This document shows, piece after piece, positions 52,175 to 64,000 of a DNA stretch of 64,000 bases. The DNA lies in assembly GCA_050084515.1 (NCBI GenBank), contig CM114271.1, forward strand, positions 31,248,001 through 31,312,000, written 5' to 3'. A model generated the notes under the pieces. The model worked only from the letters and a program-made list of their open reading frames with translations. It was not told where the DNA came from and did not search any database. Both the position numbers and the translations under genes were made by a program. Source of the stretch: Blasia pusilla. Its lineage: Eukaryota. Each line of letters begins with the position of its first letter. Position 1 is the first letter of the stretch.

Positions 52175-54697
52175 TTGTCAAAGGAAATTCCTCTCTCGAC
52201 ATGTCAATCTATTTTAGCTTCTCCCAAGTTTCGCTTAGATCCTGGTAAAAAAGATCTTTATATGCTATATTTACAAGAACACTTGACTCGCATTGTATGG
52301 AGCCCTGATCCAAACACGGCAAGTATGCAACTAACGGAATTGCTCAAAAATAGTGCATCTAAGTTCTTTTTGCGCCACAGGGATAGAAGTGCTAGGAGGC
52401 TGCCTTATAATGGGTGGTTTGACTCTGAATGCAAGCAAGCAAGGGCACGAGTAGCTGATAAATCTTTGGATATCCCAAGTCGGCTTATTATGACGAGCCT
52501 TTACAAATACTTGGTGAAATCTAAGAAACGAGCTTTTTCTTGGCGAAAACAAGAGTCCTTGACAAGGAGTGCATGAGGACCCCAAATCATTTTGGAGACG
52601 GTTAGTAGTACGGTCTTCAAAACCTATTCTTGATCCCAAGTCTTTGATATCTTTTGCCGAAAACTCTATTTCTTCCCCGATGCTACGTCTATACCACGTT
52701 GTGAAGGAATACGTGGCTTATTCTCTGAAGGAGAGGTGATGACTCAACTAAGAAGATTGGCGAATGGTAAATGTGAGGATTTGGATGGTCTTTCTATTGA
52801 ACTTTTCAAGTGGGGAGGAGATTGTATTGGACCGATCCTCACCAAATTATTGGGTGATGCTGCTATCTATGGTTTTCCTTCAACCTGGTCGCTACGGGAG
52901 ATTGTCCCTATTCACAAATCAGGAAGGAAGGACTTGATAACAAACTATCGCACTATCATGGTGGGTAGTGTTTTTTCCAAGTTGTTTGGGAAATTGGTGG
53001 AGTCGAAGTTGAGCACATGGACAGAGTCTTTCCAAAAGAGAGCACGGGTCCAAGCTGGTTTTCGTCCAACATACAACACCATCGATCATATCTTGGCCTT
53101 GCGTGTTTTATGGGAGAAATCTAAGGGCAATGGAAAAGCTTTGTTTTGCGGCTTCATCGATTTCAAGAAAGCTTTTGATACTGTACCTCGCAAGCTCTTA
53201 TGGGAAAGGCTGCAAGCCATTGGAGTTCCACAAAATCTCCTAGCAGCCGTGGCCACGTTATACCATTCCGTTCGGGCCAAGATCAAAGGTTCACAAACTC
53301 AAGAGATCTTGAGCACCATTGGAGTCATTCAAGGTTGCCCTCTGTCCCCCTCGCTTTTGGAGTTTTCATAGATGATATCGAAAAGTGGTTGGAAAAATGT
53401 GATAGTGAAGGGGTCAAGCTTGGGGACTTTGTCATCAAAGCTCTATTGTATGCAGATGATATCATATTACTAGCACGTGATGGCATTAGTTTACAAAAGC
53501 ACCTCGACACTTTGGCAAGGTTTTGTAGCCACAATCAGATGGAGGTTAATATGGAGAAGTCTAAAGTCATTATAGTGGGTACTAGATCCAAGTTCTCGTT
53601 CTTTTACAAAGGTCTACAATTAGAACAAGTGAAGAGTTACAAATATCTAGGCATCGATTTCTCTCATGACTATAGTTAGGCACTTTGCGTGCAAAAGAGA
53701 GAGAAAGCTAGTTCTGAAACTCTATATTCATTCTTAAACCAGTGTGTAGAAGAGCTCATCTTGTGTCTTGGAGTCTAAGGAAATTCTTATTTAGGAGCTT
53801 AGTGTTGCCGGTGGTCTTATATGGGACCCAAGTTTGGGGCCCTAGTTGTAAGAAGACAGGTTGGGAGCGCGTGGAAAGAGTGCAAAAGATCTTTCTACAA
53901 GAAGAATTGGGTGTAAGAAACCAAACTCCGTATGCTATTCTTCTTGCGGAAATAGGTTTTCTTCCTCTAGAAGCTGAAGCTCTTTACTTGACCATCATTT
54001 ACATCGCAAGGGTGAGATCTCTTGATGTTTCCCCTCCTCATCAAGCTTTGCGAGCCACACGTTCCATAGGGTGGATGGCGGATGTGGTGACTTGGTCTTC
54101 AAAGTGGAATGTGGCAGAACGCGATTGGGACTTGAAACCGATGGCCCTCCGTGAGCATCTACAGAAGCAATCTCTCAACATCATTTGGAGCAGTGCGGGC
54201 ACCAAAATGGAGTTTTATCAACTTCATGTTAATCCTATGCTTGTATATTGTGAACAAGGATACCTACTTGCGGGGATCTCCATGTTCTTACGACATATTA
54301 TCGCACGTCATAGAACTGGGTCTCATAGGCTAGGAATTGAGGAAGGACGATGGTTTAAAATTGATAGAAGTGAACGAATTTGTAGGTTATGTGACGGAGA
54401 AAATATTGAGGATGAAGAGCATGTGTTTGTTACATGTCCAAGGTATGGAGAAATAAGACTAGCTCATAAAATAGATGTGGAGAATTTCTATTCTTTACTA
54501 CAGCTAGTGCCTTATGATTTAGGTTGTTATATTAGGGACGTCATCATTCATCGCTCAAGTGCTCTAGGCTGTAGCTAGGAGAAGGTCTTAAGGATCTTTT
54601 TCAGGGTCAGTCAATGAATGACTTGTAATGTGTTTTTTAGCCTTTTGATCCTTCGGGTCCCACGGGCTTGATCTATTTACCATTTACCATTTTATCT
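52175..54697 (+). mobile_element. 5'-truncated RTE-X-like LINE
   Basis: RT motifs FIDFKKAFD, GVIQGCPLSP, LLYADD; C-terminal SHRLGIEEGRW...RICRLC...EDEEHVFVTCPRY; TTTACCA tail; same family as 4366-8530. Confidence 0.92.
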
Positions 54698-57600
54698 TTA
54701 AAGGCGCTCTACTAGATCTTGTCGATCTATCCTAAAAGACGTGACATTGGAGAGATCTTCCAATTGGTAAGTCCAAGAGGTAGAGTTTTTTATCCGTAGT
54801 GCATCTTGGTGGATTTGAGAGCGCAATTCTTGATGTTGGAGAAGACGGCATTTATAGGATTGGGAAAAATGAGGGCCGATGTAGGGCATTTTACATTCAC
54901 GCTAGAAACATCCTTGGGTGAAGAGAGAACAACCCAATTTATCACCCGAGATAAGATCGTGGTTAAGATTCAACCAAGACATCCGATACATGACTCCATG
55001 GTATGAGCCAAGGCAATAGTGATCAATGCTAAGTCATATCACATCTTTTTTGTGCGGAGTAAGATTGTACCTGATAAGGTGTACACTAGATTACTAGGAG
55101 GAGTCAATATCCTACAAACTAGAATGATATTGAAGTGATGGGCAACTTAGCTCCTTACTTGTTCGATTCACAAGTGGATTAATCGAGCGACCACCAAGAG
55201 AGGTCGCGACTTAGGTAGCATTCAATAGTGCCATCACTTGGCCTAAGGATTGGATTGAGGAGCATGTCCATATAAAGGATACACTCAGGATCGACATCCC
55301 TATAAAGAGGAGTGTTATGGTAGCAACAACATTCACTATAGAAGAGGTGCCTTTGTGGGCTCTAGTGAGGAGGTTCAAAGCTTAGTTGATGAGTATGTAT
55401 AGATGGTGTATAGATAGATTTTTCCTCTAGATTATAATGGGTCAGAAGAGCTTGAGGTAGCAAGGAGTGCCTTGATGTCACAAGCAAAAATCACATTGAT
55501 TATGTGGCATATCCTAGAGTAGGATATTCAAGTGTTGCATCTCTTTGGAGGGATCAACATTGGCTTGGCTGTTGTACTAGGAGGAAAGATTGTATGTGCA
55601 ATAGTATTTGTATGTGGTGCATCATGAGGTTACAAGACTTAGCTCACTCCAACATGTAACACAATTGCATCTTTTTTTTGCATAGCACAAGGCAAGACAT
55701 GGTCGAGGCATGAGTAATAAAGATGTCAGATTGAGAGTATGCATCTGCCACTATCATGCCCACCAAGAAGAATACGTATGGCAATCGGATGGTTAGGAAG
55801 ATATTGAGAGATTACCAACCAATCAATTAATAGACCAAGTTCAAGAAGTATGTCATGCCTTCTCTTGAGGAGATCTTTGATACTATTGGGTACGCAAAGG
55901 TTTTTAGTTCTTTAGATTTATGAGTTGGATATCATAATTCACATATCAGATTTATGGTCAGCCAAAAGAAAACATTTTGGGTCATTCATCCTCATGGGAA
56001 GGATTTTTATATAAGTCATACTTCTTACCATTTGGGTTAGAGAATGCCCCAACTAAGCTTCAAAGGTTCATGGATACGATCGTAGTAAGTGTCGATTTTG
56101 CTAGGTGTTACATTAAAGACATCATAGTCTTCAATGCCACGGTTGAGGAGCATGAGTGACATTTGAAGGAGGTATTAAACTATTGCTATTACATGGGCTG
56201 AAGATACATCAAGAAAAGTGCAAGTTTGAATTCTTCTATGACTACAATAATTGAATAATGGGGTCATACAATATATCCTAGTGGCCTTGGTGTTTACCAG
56301 ACAAAGATAGAGGCAATCTCATGCATTTCATGCCCTACAGATGTGATCAAGTTTGCACATTCATGGGATTGGTGAATTTTTATCGACATTATGTCAAGGG
56401 TTTTAGTTCGATTGCGAAGCCACTAACCTTGCACAATAGGATGGATCATAAATGGTTCTAGGAGGATGAGGAGGAGAGAGCATTTTGGATGCTCAAGGAT
56501 AGATTGGTGTTCGCACCTATACTAAGGAGACCTATCAAGAGACATCCTTTCCAATTTCATACCCATTGTAGTATGTTAGGGCTTAAAGCAATGCTCATCA
56601 CATGATGATGAGGATAAAGATTTAATGGTGGCTAATGCTAGTCACTCAAACAAGGTTGTAGAGGCAAAGTTTAGCTCGTATGAGGATGAATGTTGGCTGC
56701 ACTGTGGGCTATTGCTTATTTTAGTTGTTACTTATTCTATAATCTCTTTACCATCATTACTCATTATAAATCACTTAAGTGGTTTGTGGAGTTTTACATG
56801 CTTATAGGGAAGTTTGCTAGGTGGACCTTATTAGTGCAGGAGCAAAATTTCCACATGCTCTAGGAAGCTCAGCTAGGATGCCGATGGGTTAAGTCATAAC
56901 CCATGCCCAAGTTTGCCAGATGCGATTGCTAATGGAGCTCGTTGGCTTGGAGAGAGTGATATGGATATTGTGCCAAGATTGCAATGTGATGGTTTAGCTT
57001 ATTTGGATTTTTTGATGATGGGAGCCATAGTGTTAGAACTTTGAGGGCTAGGTGTGATGGAGAGTCCTTAGGTCCAGAGGCGAGTGAGGAAGCCATAGGT
57101 GGCCAAGATATCCACGAGGATAGGTTAGTCTTGGAGTACTTGCATACTAGTAGTGTCGCGAGTAGAGTGGATGCTAGAAAGCGAGATCGGATCCTACGGT
57201 GAGCCAAACAGTTCCGGTGGGAAGGGACATATGTCTTACAATTTGGGAAGGATGGTAGAGTATATGTACTACCTGATCCTTTGCAAAGAGCATGATTGGT
57301 GCAACATGCCCACGAGAAGTTGGAACACTTTGGAGTGAAGCGGATATACAATTGCAACTTGCTCCTGATGTACAAAAATTTATTTCCAGATGCAAACATG
57401 GTGTGTGATTGTGTCGAAGCATTGTTCAGTGTTGTGACTCCATAATCATATCCACTACCAATCATGGGCTTAGGCTATAGATGGAATTTGGATTTTGCAC
57501 GGCTTTTAACTATGATGGAGCGTCATGGTCGTTATGTATCACTGATGGTCGAGCACTTCTTGAAGTGGATGGAGTTGGTTGCATTTTCTGAAAAAGTGAG

Positions 57601-59439
57601 TGAGGGAGTAGTGTATGAATTTCTAGATTGAGTATCCTGTCACTATGGTGCACGAGTTAAGGTGTTGATGGACCAAGGATCAGGATAAGGAGTTTTGTGG
57701 GGAGTTTCAAGCCTTTTATGATTTGGTGTTGATTTACCACCGCTCTACTTCGTGCGATCATCCTTAGGCAGATGAGCAAGTGGAGAGAGTTGTATAGACG
57801 ATGAAGAGAAGTTTATCAAAGTATGGCTTGTAGGGAGGTCACCTAGGAGATTGGGACCTAGAGTTGCCATGGTTGGCGATGGGATACAAATTCAAAAAAT
57901 AGGCATCCTTAGTACCTTTCTCACCTTATTTGTTGTTGTATGGCCAAGAGCCTCATTTACCTATGGTCATATGCTAGAAAGTATTAGGATCTTAGTGAAA
58001 TAGTGCCTCAATGCTTCACTACAACGGAATGCCTAAGACATTATTATGTTGGCGAGTTGTTGAACCTCAATGACCTGATGTATGGATGCAAGCATATTCT
58101 TAGAGAGTCAAGTTATTTTGAAGAGTTATGTCCATGGCATTTATATAAGAACTTAGAAATTACGCAACATTGAGATACGTTGAGATATGTCACTATTTGG
58201 GGAGATAATTATCGACCGATGATTCGTAGGTTTTATCAAGAAGATTATGTTTACTTGCAGCAAAAGAAATCCATGATATTGGATGTGACGGTAAGGCGCA
58301 TCATCTTGAGTGTGTGTGAGTTATTACAATCAAATGTTCTCTTATTGGAGGATATGATGGTATAGTTTGGAAGGACCATGCCCATAATTGTGCGCCATGT
58401 CACCTTCCAAATATTAATGGTATAATTGATTGGAGCTTAGTAGTAGTTCTTGCAAGCTTGTGTGGTATATTTTGTGGCCTTATCCACGGTACAACCACTA
58501 TGCTAGTTTGTGATGGATGTTTGAGAGGGTACCACTTGGCATATCTAACGCTACTTCTCAGTAGAATTCCTCACAAACAATGGATTTGCCCCAGGTCTAT
58601 ATAGAGTAGTTACTAGGTAGTAATGGATCTAGACTTGCGTTAGTGACATAGATGACAAGAAGGCCACCAATGATTGTGCCACATAAAGACCCAACCTTTT
58701 TTCTTTTAGAAGTGTTCCCCTCTAATAGTAGTTTGTCATGCAGTAGACAAAAAAATGTGTCCATGAACACGTTCGAAACACAAAGATATTGATTTTTTAA
58801 GTTCAGAAGAAGCAAGATAGCAATCGCACAATATGTCTCATAAGGTTACTTTTGGAGGAAAACTATCTTGGCTCTTCGTAAGGGTATAAAAGATAATTCT
58901 AGTTATTGAGTCCCAAAAATCATACCATAGCCCCAAGCTTACAAGTATTGCATGCACAACGGCCTACAAAATTGTGAATTGAACTCTTGGAATACTATCG
59001 GACATCTCAAGTGGAGACTTCTTTTTTGAGGAAAGAAGTTTATTTAAGGGGATTCTTTTATTAGATGAACAATGGAAACTCAAGAAGTGGAGGGCCACAT
59101 TGTAGATTTGAATATTCTAGGAAATAGCATGGATGAGATATCAAATGAACTAGTGACGAATTATTATATATTTCTACTAGGGCTCCAGGTTTACTTGCTA
59201 TGGGGGTTATTGTTATCTCCTCTTACATGGAATTTGATACCACCATTATAACTATGGAAAGGGAAGGCTCACCATTACCTCACATACCATAACATTTGAG
59301 AGATCATCACATATGATTTTCTTCCTTAAAATATCTCAACTTTATTATAATAACAAACCTCAAAAGAGGACAAAGAAAGATAATAACATCTCAAAAGAGG
59401 AGGAGTTAAAAAATTCATAATGGAATGCAAAAAGAAAAT

Positions 59440-60960
59440 GGCAACTAGCCAACATCAACTCAATAAGCTACACAATTGATAGCTTGAAAAAAATATCACA
59501 AGAACACTAATGGTTGGTTAGACATGAACGGAAGACAAGTCAAGGGATCGCCCACCACTTCTGCACGATGTATCAATGCAAAAGCTTGTGCACGTTGTAA
59601 GGCCAATGAGATAGATTGCCAAAAATAAGTAGTGAAAGAGAGAGAAGGACTATGGGAAGGGTCAAGATGATGATTCTCGAGGGAGTGGTAAGCACATGCT
59701 TTCAGGAAAGTATCAAAAGACATGTAAATACATGAATACTTTCCACTGCAAAAGGATTAAATCTATCAGTTGCATGTCTCAAACCATAGTTTAACTCCTT
59801 GACTGTTGCTACTACATCGGCTGCCAAACTTTTGTTATATGCGGCTCGACACACCAAGTCAGATTGTGTTGGATCACTAACCACCACATCACCTAGTGTC
59901 GGGAATCCACCTCGAGACATAACAAGATCAATTCTTTGACAAGAGGTTGCTTGTGTAGTTGAAGGTAGGACATGGAGTTGCTCTTGCCCAAAAGTGTACA
60001 AGATAGTATGAGCCATCGATGCTTCCGCCTCTCTAATGACATCATGTGTGACCATTCATTTGCAACCATATGCACATCAGAGAATATGAATTATATCCTT
60101 TGCATCAATGGGATCCCCAAATACACAATTCAACATACCTAGTAGAGAAGGATGGGGAAGTCCAAGGCGTAACCGCAAAATTGTCGAGAATATACTCCGA
60201 GAAAGACAAAATGGAAGAAGAAGAGGGTATGCAATAAGCCATGCCCCTGCTCTTATATCCGCACATGAAGGTAGAGGAGCTCGATGAGCGTCAGAGGATG
60301 TCTTAGAGAGAATGTTGAAAAAGTTGATTTGGTGCAAATTCTCGAAGATATGCTCTTGAAGTCAATCAAGCCCTTCCATAATCAATTGACTGAAACGGGA
60401 TAGAATTTCTTATGTAGCGAGAGGAAGAAATCTCGAGCACATCGCGGTTAGTGTTGAAATAATAGGTCCTCCTCCTCTACATTGGTGACATGATCCATCA
60501 AGATAGGTGTATCTCCTTGGAGAAACCTTGAAGCCATAATCGGTGCTACCAACCCCCAACCCCCAAGAAAAGTTGTTGGAGCAGATGCAACAGTGGAGGA
60601 AAGCCCCAACCCTCCAAAAGAAATAGGCAAGATATCTTGTGATGAAGCTAAGACACTATCCTCTCCGTCAAATTTATTTGCGCTAAGAAGTTGACCAAAA
60701 GTTGCCAAGATAGAAGCGTCAAAAGAGGCCAACCGATGTAAGAACGTTGAAGTGGGAGGACAAGAGTGAAGAAGGTAGGAAGGATGTCGTAGAAAATATT
60801 GGGAGAGAATCCCATAAGCCACTTGTGGATCCCCTAGATGAGGTAACAAATGAAGTCATCCTATGTCTTTCAAAAGGGCCTCATCCAAGAACTTGGAGAC
60901 ATAGCCGATGAAGCCAATTGGGATCCCAAGAACTCAAACCCATTCAATGCATATGGGAAA
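59440..60960 (-). mobile_element. CRE-clade non-LTR retrotransposon 3' remnant (RT thumb, zinc finger, restriction-like endonuclease)
   Basis: LPISFGGLGL, AGAWLIAYP, LRLRLGLP, RIDLV...GDVVVSDP...AADVVATVKELNY...FNPFAVES. Confidence 0.8.
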
Positions 60961-62733
60961 ATCATGAATAGACAAGGTGAATGTTGAACGAAGGCACGTA
61001 GGAGACTAAAACCGATCATGATGATCTTAAAAGAAAAAAATCATGTCTATTGGATTGGACGTATTTACATAGGACAAACTTGTGTATAAAATAAGAGCAT
61101 GAAATGACACCCCATTCTTCGAATAAAGGATCATGGTACACTTTTTTTCGTTTTTAAATTAAACCTACGGCACACATTTCTAATCTATATTAATATGGGA
61201 GAACGCCTTCTTGATTTGCAAACACCTCTCTTTTTGACATGTGACAACTAGATAGTAAAAATGTTTCATATATTATAGGCAACAAGAAAAAAATTGAATT
61301 TATGTACAACGTCGTTAATCTCTTCAAACACTTTTTAATTCACACCTTACTAATTCTCCCTAAAACACAACATTAGTACTTTGGATATTCTTTCCCGTTG
61401 GGCTCTTATCCATAGTATGGCCCACACAAAAGAGTTTGAATGCTCATAGAAATATAGAACACGATATTCACCACGACATCGAGTAAGCGGCCACTCAACA
61501 CGATCATCATTGATTCAGCTTAATTCCACACAGCATAATTCGACAACTATTACCAGGGATAGATTGACGGATGTGAGAGTACAAGTGGACCAGCCGCATA
61601 TTGAGCTTTCGGACTGAGTTAAGCTTTGCGGGATTCTTATCCTGACGGAAATCGCTTTAAAAGTTCTAAGCACACGAAGTACAAGGAGTTTTCTCGGCAT
61701 GTGGACGGCTCCGAAGATGATCTGAAGGAGGTCAAATTTACAGCTCTTTTCTAAGTTTCATGTCAAATAGATCTGGAGACGATCTTGGTTTTGTACCGCA
61801 ATCTGACATCAGGAAATAAGTAGCCGCTTCGTCTAGTTTCTACCCTATAAAGGTTGTTCTGGTTCGACTTGCTTCGCCATTTCAGCGTTGGGCTGCGAGG
61901 TCGATGGCTTTCTCCTTGCAGCCTCTTTTTTCTGGGAGGGATTAGGAAAGCTTGAGCCCAAGAAGGCAGAAAGGAAATCATGAGTTTAATGCGCCACTAC
62001 TTTCTTCAAGTTCGGATTCTACACCTCACCTTCGCGATAATGCATAGAGCCATTTGAAAGACTGCGTAGAATATGAAGCTAATGCCCTCCCATCTCTCTG
62101 TTCACTTTCTTCAGGAGAAATTTCCAAAACTTATATGTGATTTGGTACTTTTCTCACATCACCGCAATCCTCACCTCGTGCTTCTAAACTTGAGAGGAGA
62201 TACCAAATATTCTGTTGAACAACTTTTCGGGAAGTGCGGCATTAGCTTGTGAAATGAGAGATCTTGGGAGAGGACTTCAATTCCGAATCTCAGCTATGGC
62301 TGGTGAGCAAATTATTGGTCAAATAAGGTAAAAGGTATGACTGATGGTCTCATCAGCTTTGGTGCGGAAGGTGAGTGGTTTCACAAGTTATCTGCACTGC
62401 AACCGCGTCACTTGGTATTAGAGGTGAATAATTCACTCCCTCTAGATCAAACAAGACCCTGCATGATTTTTCCGTATGTAAGCAATACGATCGCAAGATT
62501 CTCCGGACACACTCCAGTGAGTGGCGAAGGAGGTGTAATCTGATTCGGAAGCTTTACCATGTCTAAGGGATACGAAGTTTCCTGCTAGACCCTCCTAATT
62601 CGTGGAACAGGAGTTGGTATTGTCCCGCAGAAAGCACTTGATGTGCTCGCAGAACCGACCTTCCTCCGTCGGCCCTCCATCCTTTGCCCACTAGCGAAGG
62701 ATCTGAAGTTGTTAAAATGGTCTATATCCTGGA

Positions 62734-62789
62734 TCATGTGTTCTATGGCTTTAGCCTCCCTCTGGAGGCTAAAGCCATAGAACACATGA
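62734..62789. repeat. Perfect 26-bp hairpin with a 4-nt loop
   Basis: TCATGTGTTCTATGGCTTTAGCCTCC-CTCT-GGAGGCTAAAGCCATAGAACACATGA. Confidence 0.95.
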
Positions 62790-64000
62790 GGAGCACGATG
62801 GGGGCAAAGAAGTAGGCATGAACTTAGCTCGAAATTCCATCAGCCATTGAGAATCTCGATCATTCCTCGGTTGGATCCAAGAAAGCTGAATCCAAAGTAG
62901 CGAAATTTCCACTCCAAACCTATATGAACTAAACTTGCTGAAAAGCCGAGGATGCCGTATAACCGGCAACATCCTTCGTCGTACTTGTCCTTCGCTGTGA
63001 AGACTTTGTTGGCGGAAACCTAGAAAAAATATTCATCCATCGAAGGCATATTGGCCGTCTACGCTAGAGAATCTTCTATCACTGTAAGCTGATTTCTGCA
63101 CTTCATTCTTCCTCATCCTAGTTACACGCACCATGAGTGGATCGCATCGAAAATACAATCGTGTTCGATACCCAGAGAGTAAAACGGAGGACCAATTGCA
63201 GAAATTTCAGACGAGATGAGTAAAACATTCCAGTCAATTCCAAACTACGACAGGATGGGACATGTTTTCACAGTGGAAATACTTTTCCGGGAAATCTTCA
63301 ATCAGACTCTCCGCAAAACTATACCCATGGACTGAAAGAAATTATACGATAATACTGCAAAATATCCCGGAGGCAATCGTTCTACCTCATTCCGTTTCTG
63401 AGACCACACTATACTCACCCGGAAGGAGAACGCACGAGTCTCGGCATTCGACTTTTGCGCTGAAAACTGCTGGAAACGCACCTACGAAAATCTATGCTAA
63501 CAATTGGGATGTGAACTTGCTCCCTCTCTTTCCTTCGACCGATGTTTCCGCCCCTCCATATCGATCAGTGATCCATCTGGGATTATTGGAGCTTTCAGAT
63601 CAGCCTGCGCGAACGTAAGGCTTCTCTTTCCTGTGACTAAAATAGGTGAATAAGTGGGGGGGGACACCACGATGACCCCACTGACCAAGGAGCACGTTGA
63701 AGCCGGGAATCCATAGCATATCCATTCTTAACCGAGAACTCCATACGCTGCTTCCAAAATGGATCCATGCTGGGGATCGTACCTGCACAGTCAGCCGGCC
63801 TGGTCCCTCGTGCGTCGGTCCATTGGATGGAGTGAGAGATGCAGAAACGACATGGATTGCACTCCCGTCGCAACAGGCGGGAAGGACGCCTCCATTGTCT
63901 CAATGGGCCGAAACTGTACGGTATCGCAGTGTCAACGTCTCCAGAGCAAACCTATAATCTCTCTAGAACTTCATCGGCTCCTCAATTCACAAAGTTCCTT

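Noticed and set aside
61400-64000. Protein-coding gene
   Set aside because: Only short ORFs without recognisable motifs; may be UTR, intron or promoter of a gene outside the window.

Overview
Eukaryotic, land-plant-like DNA (degenerate CCCTAAA telomere-type repeats, GT-AG introns; a bryophyte-grade host is only a guess), dominated by nested, decayed transposable elements. The main feature is a 10.3 kb Ty3/Gypsy-type retroelement at 15432-25687. Its polyprotein runs gag - aspartic protease - DNMT3-like C5 cytosine methyltransferase - RT - RNase H - DDE integrase - PHD finger. It has TG...CA ends and a 4-bp target duplication (ACCT). Instead of two matching LTRs it has split direct repeats, A1-[ORFs]-B1-A2-B2, and no evident PBS or PPT; that layout is normally associated with tyrosine-recombinase (PAT/Ngaro/TOC1-type) elements. 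Older relatives in the window (36080-36430, 49330-49522, 51372-58710, and a solo A+B unit at 51560-54746) support the same architecture. Other elements: two RTE-X-like LINE copies, CRE-clade non-LTR remnants, a PIF1 helicase remnant, two solo LTRs inside a transposase-like pseudogene, a hAT-type MITE family and a Copia RT fragment. There is also a module of 11 palindromic repeats, a TATA box, an ORF and an interstitial telomere-like tract, plus several long hairpins. One convincing host gene was found: a 3-exon, 109-aa secreted protein on the minus strand (40007-40692). All calls are by eye, with no database search; edges of decayed elements are approximate.
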